A stretch of 64,000 bases of DNA from positions 21,328,001 through 21,392,000 of the forward strand of contig OZ287758.1 of the NCBI GenBank assembly GCA_965649765.1, in the 5' to 3' direction. Source of the stretch: Bispira polyomma (Eukaryota). Under the pieces are notes generated by a model, which was given only the letters and a program-made list of their open reading frames with translations, made no database searches and had not been told where the DNA came from. The translations under genes were made by a program, and so were the position numbers. This document shows, piece by piece, positions 35,957-48,978 of this stretch (its first letter is position 1; the number at the start of each line of letters is the position of its first letter).

Positions 35957-37267
35957 GTTACTGTAGTCAAATGTATGATAACTAAGTAAAATGAATTTCA
36001 TTAAACCTATCATTTGTTGTTACTTGCGTATTACAGTTATGGATTTTGTTTTATAAATGTTATTTAGTTCACTGTTAATTTTTAAAATACATCTGAATAT
36101 CCTGAACCATCATTACATGTATATTCTGTTAAGGTTCCATGATACTATATATATATATATATATAAGACAGGTGACATAAAACCTGATCAGTTAGCTGAT
36201 GATGTTTACATATATATATCAGTTTGCCTACAATAAGACAAAATTGACCAAGGACTTTTCGTGACACAGAGTTTATCCTATATTGGCAGAATAGATTTTT
36301 AAAGGGTGCGGAGCTCTGGTAATCAGACATTGAGCATGTGGTCACTTACTACAAGGTCATAAAGTTATCACTTATCCCACGACTTCTATGTGTGAGAAAA
36401 ATTATTTTTGGTAAATTATCAGTTTGAAAAACATTGTGAAGTGGAACCTCATTTTCTCAGTAAAAGCTTTATTCAAGGTACACCGTGTAAAGGTTTAATA
36501 TCAGGTAAGATAAATAACATGATATTAACCCTTTCGATCCCTAAGTTGTCGGCAAGCAGTCAACAGCATTTGTTACTCCCAGAACCTATGTCTGTCGTCA
36601 ATCAGTCGAAATCCCACAAATATTTTTTTAAATTTTTACTCATTTTCTCACAATAGAAAATTATTTGTACAGTAGAATCGTTTCCTTAAAAAATTATGTA
36701 TAAGGCTGTCATTAAATTCCGGAAGTAGTCAGTGGTGTGTGTTAGTCTCCCCAGATTTCTGTAACCTATTATAAATTGCTTTAGTTTCCGGCGATATTTT
36801 TCTCTTGGGGTTAAAAGTGAAAAACACTTTAGAAATACATTATAAAAGTATGAAATATAAAAACATCACAATACACTGTATATTTTGGCTTATCAAACAC
36901 AATCACAAACTATATGGACAACAAATACAAATTGTATATAGTTTAAGTTATAACAAGACTGCTTTTAAGGGTGCAGAGCTTCGGTAATTAGTCATTTGTA
37001 CATGTGGTCATCATGTAGCTGTAGAGTTATCACTTGATCACATGACTTCTTTGTGCTAGATTTTTTATTGTGGGTAAGTTATCAGTTTGACAAACCTTGT
37101 GCTCTGGAATTGACTATGTGTCCCACTGTATGATAAGATATAAGGTGTATGTACAGAAGGTGTATTTAAGTCAAGTCATACAACACTATCATCACTACTC
37201 ACAAAAGGTTGTATTATACAAGAGGAAACTATTTATAAAATCAGTAAATTCACAATAAATAGCCAAC

Positions 37268-37854
37268 ATGCTGTTGCTTTTTGTAGTTTTAAGTTTGTTT
37301 GTTTCTCCAAGTCAACAACACGGTCGTCTGGTCAATCCACCCAGTCGGTCAACTGCATGGAGGTATGGGTTTGATACCCCTCCAAACTATACAGACAATG
37401 AACTCAACTGTGGTGGAATGAATGTAAGCTGCTATTCTTTTCAGCGAATGTAAATACAATGACATTGTATGCAGTATATTTTTTGCAATAAAATTTGTCA
37501 AAGTACTAGGTACATGATACTCATATATTTATAAAAAAAAATGTTTTATTGCCTGTATAGAAAATATGTAAGATATATCTCTATTTGTATTAATTTTGCT
37601 TCATTTTAAGTAGGAAAATTTGAAACTTTTCACTAGAATAAAGCACATATTTTTATTTAAATAAGTCTATCGTTACAATGCTCCTGCAGAAACTGTTTCA
37701 TCATTTGGTCAAGTTAGAGGGTTGGCCAAGGTGTGTATGTAGGAATGTTGATAGTACACTTGCTTAAGTTTGGGGGTTTGCAGAACAACAATATTAAACA
37801 ACTACTCATGCTGATTTTTTAACCAATAAAATACGCATCAAATATATTCTTAAG

Positions 37855-37901
<47 letters not shown>

Positions 37902-40900
37902 CAGCACCAATGGGGTCAGAATGATGGTAAATGTGGGGAGTGTGGTGATGCCTGGGAGATACCCCTGGGTGAAAGACCCAACCAGGTGGGAGGGATATAT
38001 GCCACAGGGACTATAGTAGCTGAGTACATAGAAGCAGAGGTAAGATATGGTCACAAGTTTTGAAAAAAGAACAAGCTGCAGAATGTCAAACCAATCTACA
38101 AGAGGTAATATATAGTAACCAGATAATAGGAATATTCAATCCGAGTGACACATATTTGTCCACTTTACAGCATTCATATAAATACAAGAGGTATGTAAAA
38201 AAAATATTTATGGCCAGCAGATGATAAAAAAAAGTTAGCGGTCTCTATTCCAGCAGTTTGTAATTGTAATTGAGATTGTAATTAGACCTTTATAGTGCTT
38301 AATCTCCCCTTAACGTAGGAGACTCTCAGGCGCAACAGCGAATGGACAAATGGTTAAGGAGTTGGTTTGCTTAATGTAGGGTCTCCAGTTGAAATGCTAA
38401 CATGGTTACACATGCATCGAGGGATAAGATATGAACCATGTGAATGATTTGTAATGAAGAATACATCAATATAATTTTGTAAAAACTAGAACACCTAAAA
38501 ACAAAAGAGTTGTAATTCACATCTATGGTTTTATGACTATGTACCAATGGGGATTTATTGAAGATTGTGAATAATTATGGTAACATTTGAGATTGATATG
38601 ATTGTGTAGCCAGTGTTTCTGTCTATAGTTAACATATTACATTGTGTGACTACTAAATACCAGGTTTGCAACATCTGATTATTTTGTGTTTTTTTGGTAA
38701 AAGGGGAATAAAATAAATGAAAAAAGAGTTCCTCAGTTTCTACATACATTTTGCCAAAATTGTCCTCAAATGTTACACTAGATATTGTGGAATGCGATCC
38801 AACCACAATACCCAAACTTATACCAAATGATTGAGAGCAGTGGGATATAGTAAATGTAATAAAATTCCTGGATTTTTGTAATCCACTGTGATTGAATTTT
38901 TGTGACTGATCAAACTTAGATGTACCTGTTCTAAACCGATACACCCCAAAAATCTAAACACCTACTTGAGTGGCTCATAATTCAATCCAAAACATACCAT
39001 CTGATAAGACCATTACATTAAATATGGTAAAAAGATTCAGCAAAATTTGTTTGACAAGACAATATTACTCTCAACCTTGACAAAGCACAAGATGTTATAA
39101 AATTTTGTCCTTACAATTTTGACTGTCAAAAGTATTTCCTTTAATTTACTGACATCAAAGACAATTAAGAACAAAATTGAATGTGAATTAGAAGTGTTTA
39201 TTATGTATAGTACTTTAGTGATAAGAACAGTTATATTAGTATCATATAAATGAAACAAATAAATATAATATGACATTTATAGTTAATTGATGTTGTCGTG
39301 GAGATCACAGCCATGCACCAGGGCTGGTATGAGTTCCGATTATGTGCAGTTAATGACCCTACTGTGTAAGTATGTATATACCAGCCATTAATACAGCTAC
39401 ACTCTGTTAATAGAGGGCTTTTATATTCTTTAGTTTCATTTTCCATGATCCCATTTCTGTCAAATGCACATCGATGTCAAATCATATAATTACTGCTTAA
39501 GGATATCTTTAAACTGGATATAAGTAATGTTGTTTTACTTAGATTTGAAAGAAAAATTGCATTTGTATTACCTCTTTCTCAGTAATAATAAAATGTAAAT
39601 TAGAGATCATCTTGAATACTATAAAATGAAAACTTCAATTTTTTAATTTAGAATCACAATAATATGTCCCTCAAACTCAGTCACAAGAGTAATAAGTCAG
39701 AGCCTGTTGTATTTTGTATTGTAGTCCAGTGACTTGGGAATGCCTTAACCAGACACTTCTTCAGTATGCTGACGGCTCCACAAGGTATTACATTCAGGAA
39801 GAACTCACTGGCTTGTATGAATTCCAACTGTGGCTTCCCTATGGAATCACATGTTCTCAGTGTGTGTTACAGTGGATGTGGCATTGTGGTTAGTATCCAA
39901 AATAAATGGGTGAACATTAATCGTAACTGGCATTTATTGGAACAGTAATATTGTAAACTCTACAGGTGAAGCTTAAACAAAACAAAAGGAAAAAAAATAC
40001 CACTTACATAATTTTTCCCTAAATCGTTGATGGCAGACGTCAATTTAAAAGTAATTTAGATCTATTTTTTAAAAAAATCTTCATGGATAAAATACATGCT
40101 TTTGTTATAATGAAATAATATTTAACTATCTATAACTTTATTGATTGGCTATTACTATGTTATTCCTCAGGAAACAGATATGATACGTGCGACGATGGGA
40201 CAGGTGATGTTGGGTGTGGACCACAAGAACAGTTCTATGGCTGTGCTGACATCACAATACACCCGGGTGATGGAGAACCACCAGCTAGCACGACTCCCAG
40301 GGTATGGATATAGAGTATGAGAAATCAAAAGGGCCAATTAATACTTCATTAATACTAGTTAATAATAAATAAATTGTTGTCGATATACCTAATGCTGTAA
40401 AAGCTGATGCATTATACAAAACCAGAAAGTTCCATTACGTAGTGGTAAAGTAACCTAACAGTTGTGTGCAATATTTATAATATATTTTATTGTTCAGTAT
40501 CATATACCATTATGCAGAACATTATTAATATTAACATGCCATCTTACACTTCATGGAAACTGTTTCGTTGAATTAGTTTAATGTACTTTCGATTGTATCT
40601 AAATATTACTACACTCTGGTGACTAAATACGTTTGTTGTAGACCACCCAATCTACTACCGAGTCCACTGCATTTACTGGCAGTACCACTACCCAGACCAC
40701 AACTACCACTACCACACCACCACCTGACGGGGAGTAAGTATACTCAATACACTACAGAACAAGTGATACTTTTGTATTAAACAGTGTATATCATTCAAGC
40801 TGTGATTAGTTGTATTACAATGATAATACAAGTATACAGATTATGTAAATAGAACAAAATCAGTGAGTCATATTAGTGATAACAATGTTGACAAACATCA

Positions 40901-41376
40901 TGCCAATTAAGCATTTCAATTGAAAACTCTGTTTTACCCACAGCTGGATGTTTGACGGTATACTTTACTATCACATACACCATGACTTAGTGGTTGTAAA
41001 CACACTGGTTTCTTAATGCAGGTGTTTGTCATAGTTTGGTGGGTACAATATGATATTGACTCCTGTATAGTAGTAGTTTCCCTCACTTACCTTAACCATA
41101 TGACATAGATATTGAAATTTACTTCAATCAACCCTGTCTAGTGTTGGATTAATTGGGTGTCAGTGTAATTTTAAGCCACATGGAGTTATAGTAGCATTCG
41201 AATCTTGTATATGTGCTTAGCTAAATGCTGTATCCTAGATTTACAAACCTATTTTATATTACAGCTGTGTCTGGATAGGAGGTGAAGGAAATGGAACAGA
41301 CGATTGGTGTCAAGTGAATTGCTATTACAACCCTCCCTACTGCCCAGAGGACTTGTGTCAATGTACAGGCCAATAG
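37268..41376 (+). CDS. AA15-type LPMO paralog 2, 290 aa; join(37268-37423,37905-38039,39283-39365,39725-39888,40171-40301,40642-40733,41265-41376)
   Basis: HGRLVNPPSRSTAWRYG, ITAMHQGWYEFRLC, GCGPQEQFYGCADI, Thr linker, and CVWIGGEGNGTDDWCQVNCYYNPPYCPEDLCQC. Same intron positions and phases as paralog 1. Confidence 0.92.
37859..37900. repeat. (TA)n microsatellite
   Basis: About 20 TA units (one CA interruption) directly before the exon-2 acceptor of LPMO2. Confidence 0.9.
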
Positions 41377-42972
41377 GGTGGGGTCATTTATGTCTTCAAG
41401 GATGCAGAAACCAGTGGCATAAGTTATAACTGTAGAACATTCAGCAAGATGATAAATGTGATATAGCTTAACCATTGGTTATGACAGGTAACACTGTCAG
41501 AAATATGTAATTAATAATAAGTATTGAAAGATAGAATAAAATATTTTGGAACATGGTGTTTTATTGCCACTCTTTTCTGCACTATATAACTTTAATCAAT
41601 AACAATAGAGATATTATAAGATATAGTCTGTACGAATTGTGCAACTAAGAACTAGAACTATGTTGAACAAGTGTATTCATTCATTTTAAAACCAATAATG
41701 CAAACGTCCTGTATAATTAGTACATAAGAAAAATGTATCTCAAAAGTACCGACTGAATCATTATCTTTTGTGACCCTATTTTTCATATCTATTATTTTAA
41801 GGTAAAAGGTGTTTTATTTTACAAAAGCAGTTTATAAATAAAACAAATGAATTGTATATACTTCTATGCGAGTTATTCTATATTTATAAGGTCACAGGAT
41901 GACAGAATATGTTTCAATTTAACTGGAATCATAACGCAAAATATATATGTAAAAGTACATTAAATGGTTTTAGTTGAACATCTTAACACCCTTAAAAGTA
42001 TAGGTTTTGGAGAAGTTAAAATGCAAAATCTGGAATTTCAATAAACTTTACCAGCTCCTTTCCCCCATTTATTCATTTTATAGCTTAAGTCAAACAACTG
42101 CAGTAGTCCAATTTCTAAATACACAAAATCAAGATAGCTGCAGTTTTGTATCAACGACTCATTCTGTATTACCTGGCTTATTGTGTTTTGACTTATGTTG
42201 TATGAAGGACTTGTTTTGTACCAAAATTGACTTATTCTGTATCACAAAAGTTGATCTATTTTTGGTCATCACTTGACTTAAACTTATCAAAATTGGCGCA
42301 AAACTCTTCTCACTCATGTCCGTATCACTAGAGGACATGCATAATTTAACACAAAATTTAGTTATACAAGAGTATATTAACCGGAAACAACTTAAAATGT
42401 AATCAGGAAATGGTCATCTCTTCAGCATAATAGTTAGCCATGTGCTGCAACAGTTTGGATCAATGGCTCGTTTTGTATTACCAGATTTATTGTGTTTCAG
42501 TTTCAGACTTATTTTCTAGCAATAGCTCATTTTGTAGCAAAACTGACAGATTCTGTATCAACTGATCGGGTCATTTGGTAATATCACTTGACTGGAAATA
42601 ATTCATAGTTTAAAATCTGACTAGTTAGCTGATTCAGCTTATTATGATATAGAGTATCTTTTAGATTGCCAGAATCAATTTCCATGGATATTTTAAGGAA
42701 ACAGAGCTCAGTTAATTCGACACCGTTCACCTGATCATGCAGTAACTATCACATACTACATGAATTTTAAGTGTAGCAAAAGTTATTGTGGGTAAGGTAT
42801 GTAGAGAATTTTTTATAGTATACAATATAAAAAACTTTAATGTGTGATAAGATAAGGAAGTGTATATATGTATACATCATGTGTAATTAACTGAATTGGT
42901 TAAACATTAGAAGTTGCGTCATACAGGTGGAAACCCTTTTGTAAAGATTGTTTAAGTGTAAACTAGTCGAAC

Positions 42973-45900
42973 ATGCTGTTGCTTTTTGTAGTTTTGAGTT
43001 TGTTTGTTTCTCCAAGTCTACAACATGGTCGCCTGGTCAATCCACCCAGTCGGTCAACTGCTTGGAGGTATGGCTTTGATACTCCTCCCAACTATACGGA
43101 TCATGAGCTCAACTGTGGTGGAATGAATGTAAGCTGCTATTCTTTTCAGGGAATGTAAATACAATGACATTGTATGCAGTCTATTTTTTGCAATAAATTT
43201 TGTCAAAGTACTAGGTACATGTTACTCATATATTTATAAAAAATGTTTTATTGCCTGTATAGAAAATATGTAAGATACATCTCTATTGATATTAATTTTA
43301 CTTCATTTTAAGTAAGAAAATTTGAGCAAAACTTTCCACTAGAATACAGCACATATTTTTATTTAAGGGTTTAGTAACGTAAACACATAAACTGATTGCC
43401 AATACCCACGTTATATGTGTTTGAGTTTCTCTGAAACTGCACAACTTTTATTTTGTTGCCTGTAAGTTGTGATTTGCAGTGCTGTGAATACAATTAAATT
43501 GTATGCAATTTCCTTATTGCATTAAATGCATACTGTACTTGGATATATAATCCCCTATAGAATTTATATGAAATATATATTTGTACTTTTATTGACTATA
43601 TTGAAGTAAAACATTGAAGTACCACATTTCTGCTGAGAATACAGCACACATTTGAGTGAGTCAATCTTTACAATGCTCCTGTTCAAGCTAGTTTACCGCT
43701 TATCATAAAATTAACAGTACAGTAGACTTGCTGACGGCCATTAGTTTCCAGAACAGAAATATTGATCAACTATCCCGTTCTAATTTATACCACCAATAAA
43801 ATGCCCATTTTGAGAAAAAGTAAATATATTGATAGTGACGGTAAACACAAATTAAATGCAAATTCACATATTAAAGTACTTTATTTATATAACAGCACCA
43901 ATGGGGTCAGAATGATGGTAAATGTGGGGAGTGTGGTGATGCCTGGGACATACCTCTAGGTGAAAGACCCAACCAGGTGGGAGGGCTGTATGCCACAGGG
44001 ACTATAGTAGCTGAGTACACAGAGGCAGAGGTAAGATATAATCATAGTACACATTATAAAATGATGTTGCAGTTGCAAATGCCTTGGTTGCAAGTTGACT
44101 TGACAATTTCAATTTACTACTATAAAGTATTGAACAAGGGCAAATAAGTTACAGAAAATTCAAAATAATTTCCAAAATATCTGGGTCTAGATTATTTAAG
44201 GTTTCAGCCCATCCTAAATAGAATAGTTTCCATGCAATCCAAAAATTACAGTCTTTCGAAAAAAAAATATTCTAAACCTATTTTGTATCAACTTGTTTTT
44301 TCTGCCATGACATATGTACTACTCTAATTGATTGGAAATGCACCACAGGGGATGCTTCAACATCGATTGGGGTTTAATAAAAACAGGATGAGTGTGTTCT
44401 GCCATTGCTTTGTGTTTAGAGAGTTGTTGTGCTTATCAATGGTCCCCTGATTTAACTCCAAGAAATGTCACATGTGCCTTTCAGGGATAAATATCATCCT
44501 TGGATAAGGTGTTAATACACAATTACCATCTGTCCAATGGGACTATATTGCATGACTCCCCATTTTTGAGAAACCAGTACCTGAGAGGATTCATTGACAT
44601 AAAACCTAAAAAAAAAAATAATGTCATCTGTTCACTGATAGGGAACAAAATATTAGGGTCATAAGTAAGTTGTCATAAGGTTTTTATTATTATTTTACCA
44701 TTGTTCTCGTAAACTTAGCAAACAAAATATCTAAAAAAATAATGATATTTGTAGTTAATTGATGTCATCATAGAGATCACAGCCATGCATCAGGGCTGGT
44801 ATGAGTTCCGATTGTGTGCAGTTAATGACCGTACTGTGTAAGTATGTGTATACAAGCTATTAACACAGTTTCACTGTGTTAATAGAGGACTGTCAACAGT
44901 TGCGCCTCCTTTTTTCAAGAAAGTGATATACTTTGTTTGGACTTTACATAGTCCTCACTTAAAACACCAATAGAATATATTTTTTTTAATGTCTACAAAT
45001 AAAATAATCGCATCTTAAATTTAGGCTTTAAATTTCTAAATAACTGCTTCTTGTGCATATACTGACTTCATGCCATTCATTCACATAACTTTGTCCCTCA
45101 AACTGAGTCACAAGACCAAGAAGTCAAATCACGTTCTCTTTTATATCGTAGTCCAGTGACTTGGGAATGCCTTAACCAGACACTTCTGCAGTATGCTGAC
45201 GGCTCCACAAGGTATTACATTCAGGGGGAACTCACTGGCTTCTATGAATTCCAGCTGTGGCTTCCCTATGGAACCACCTGTTCTCAGTGTGTGTTACAGT
45301 GGATGTGGCATTGTGGTTAGTATCAATGTAAACCTTATATAAAGTTCATAAAGTGGAATTTATATGCTACATCATTGTTTTATTATCCAAACATTCAGCT
45401 GATGACATCATTAATGCTCCCTAAAAGTTTTTTTCCATTATATTGATATTTCCAACATATTGCTTTCCTACTATTTGTTTATGTGAAGATGTAACAGTAA
45501 ACCAGCTGGTCTAAATAGTATGTGCATCATTCTAAATCAATTTAAGCATTTTAATAATGTCATTCATACTAAGAACAGTATTTCCCTTTGGTTTAGCACA
45601 AAAACGGATGATTCTCATATTACAAGCTCATGTTCTTTATATTGGTTAATTCAAAAGTATGGTAAAATCTACACAAATGTGTTAAAATTAATGCCAGGTC
45701 ATTAAACAGGTCATCAAATAACTTAATATTTCAAACCATAGAATTAGTCCACTATATGAGCCGTAGAAACACTTTCATTATATCTGTGGTTCATCTTGGG
45801 TTATTCTTTAACCAACCCTTTCTTAGCAGCAGAAATTCAACCATATCTGTAGCTGATATTTCCCCAACTATAAACAGATACGTTAGATTTATCCTTGATT

Positions 45901-47262
45901 AATGTACGCAGGATTATGAGAGATGACAGCTAGTAAAATTCATCGGCCAAGTTTTTTTTAGCTGTATTTACTTAAAACATGCCATATATGCACTATTCTC
46001 AATTAGCAAAGAAAATCAAAACAATATCAAATAATATACATTAATCCATGTGGTCTTTTGTGGCCTAGTGATTTGTAAGTTTGTCTGGTGATCAGAAGGT
46101 CCCGGTCTGGTTCCCTGTTTCAACAATAATAATAACTGTAAAGTCGGTTGAGACCACATTAGAGGTGATATCAGACTACACACATTTCACAGCTGTACCT
46201 ATAGACTACAATGTTCTTGTTCAGGTAACAGATATGGTATATGTGATGATGGGGTAAATGACTTAGGGTGTGGACCACAAGAACAGTTCTACGGCTGTGC
46301 TGACATCACAATACACCCAGGAGATGGGGAACCACCTGCTAGCACGACTCCCAGGGTAATGGAAAGCTAATGTTTCATTATTATTAGTTATAAACTTCTC
46401 AATATTTACAAAAGTGATAAAGTTTATGTGTACTGTCAATCTCTTCAATGTTGTAAATATCCTTGAATTTAATAATTTATATATGCTATTTTTGACCTTG
46501 TAACTAATTATCACTGCATACTGGTAACTAAATACCTTTGTTGTAGACTACCCTGCCTACTACCGAGTCCACTGCATTTACTGGCAGTACCACTACCCAG
46601 ACCACAACCACTACTACCACACCACCAGCTGGTGGGGAGTAAGTACCCACAATACACTACATAGCTAGACTAAGTGCCACATTGTATTAGACAGTGTATA
46701 TCATTTAAATTGTAATTATGGTGTTATTAAAAGTATATGAAAGTAACAGGTTTGTCAGCGAGAGTAACATCAGTAATTCATTTTACTGATAACAATGTTG
46801 ACAAATATAATTCCAAATGCGTAATCTAAAATGAAATCTATGTTTGACCCAACATCATAGTGATTGGAGGTATATACTTTACTATCACATACATCATAAC
46901 TTAGTGGTTCTAAACCCACTGGTTTGTTTATGCAGGTGTTTAGTGGGTACAATACTATATTGACTTTAACCATATGACCTAAGATATTGAAATTTACATT
47001 GAACTTCAATAAGCTCAAAGCAACCCTGCCTACCGTTAGATTAAGCATGTGTCAGGTTAATTGTCTCCATGTGTCACATGGAGTTATAGTACCATTCAAA
47101 TCCTGTATATCTGCTGTATTCTAGATTTACAGACCTATTTTATGTTACAGTTGTGTCTGGATAGGAGGTGAAGGGAATGGAACAGACGAATGGTGTGAAG
47201 TAAATTGTTATAATGATCCTTCTTACTGCCCAGAGGACTTGTGTCAATGTACAGTAGAGTGA
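42973..47262 (+). CDS. AA15-type LPMO paralog 3, 290 aa; join(42973-43128,43896-44030,44755-44837,45152-45315,46225-46355,46547-46638,47151-47262)
   Basis: Close duplicate of paralog 2 with identical exon lengths. His brace intact; no stops. Confidence 0.92.
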
Positions 47263-48978
47263 TGTCATGGCTGTTATTACATCTTCAAGTATACATAAAA
47301 TAGTGAAATTTGTTTAGACAATAAAATATGATAAATGTAATATAGCACAAACATTGCCATATTAACAAGACTGTATCCATTGTTATGTATTTAATATTTC
47401 AAGTTTGTAGTATGTGAAGCAACACTGTCACAAATATAGTTAATATTAGGCTATGAAAGATTGAATAAAATATCTGGTAATATTGTGTCTTTTTTGGCCA
47501 CTCGTGTCTGCATTATACTAATTTAGTTAGTTCAACTATCCATATAAATACAGTTTTTTTGTATATTAACTATACAAATGATGTAACTGCAAAACTACAA
47601 ATATGTCGCATCAAAAAGAGTTCAAATGCTATTGTTTCCTGCAGACAATAAATAAAAAATGGTCTGTTCTAATTTTACATGAACCAATGTGAAATACTGA
47701 CTGAGAAAAATTGGCATTGTGTCTGTGACCTATTTTCGTATCTTTTCGTCTTGGGCCTGTTCTGATAACGGTTTGCATCATTAACTGTGTTTATCTGGAG
47801 GTAAAACATGTATTTTCCCACAGACACAGCTTAGAGATAATATTATTGCAGCGTATCTGGTTCTATTTAAGTTTATCTTTATATGATAACATATATAACA
47901 CATATATTCATAATTGTAACGATCAAGGGAGGACAGAAAATATATTTAGTTCACTGTAATGAAAAGTACAAATAGATATCAAATATTAATATTAAAATTT
48001 ATGCCTCTGTAAGGTTTAACAGCCAGTCTCAGAAGTAGTATTGTTATAACAGTTAGGATACACTCAATGGAGTTTAAATAGACATTGTTACCCCTTCAGC
48101 CCAATATGTGAATGTATTGCTGTAGGATAACTAATACTCTTGCCTAATGTTGAGAGGCCAGCAGTCGCCTAGTGGTTAGAAGCGCCTGCTTCACAATAAC
48201 TGACGTCTCACCAATGTGACCAACCTTCCTTACAAGATAGCTTATGGACCACGCGATTGGTTAACCGATTCTGTTGCTGTGCTTAAGAAGATGCCTAGCA
48301 ACAATAAAGCACATTCAAAATACATGATAATAATAATAGTTAAATACCTTTGCATTTAATGTGCAACCATATAATATGTACCGGTACAAATTTCTAAATT
48401 ACATTTCATTAATGCATAATTTTATATAGAATATATTAGCAAAGAGGAATTTTTTTCTTAAGTCAAAGGAAATCCCTAACAACTCCCTAATTTGGTCAAT
48501 ATACTTAAACCATTATCCATGATATTCATTATGCTAATTAGAAGTAGTAGGCTTTGTCACTATTGTATCATATTCAAATTAATACTCAATGCATTTATCT
48601 GGTGTTCAAAGTGCCAATTAACATTTTCTTGATTGCCTAACTATTTCCAGCCAACACCATTAACTGTCATTCCCTAACTGAAGCAACACATCAATTATTA
48701 ACTTTCCCAAGTTTCTTAGCCTGCAACAGAGGATAAGAGCCAATGTCAAAGAACACCACCATTTTTAAGGGTCATCCCAGGCACTTTAACTTGCATAGGT
48801 TTCCCATTATTGCTTGCCTTTTTAACACACAACTCTGTTTTTGTGCTCTGATAACATTAATTGATAAGATATAAACCTATATATTTTATAACTAAGTTAT
48901 CTCATTCGACCAAGTTGGAAATCTCATAGCACATCGCCACTAACATAATTAGACAGAAGGGAGTTTTGGAGAATTAAG

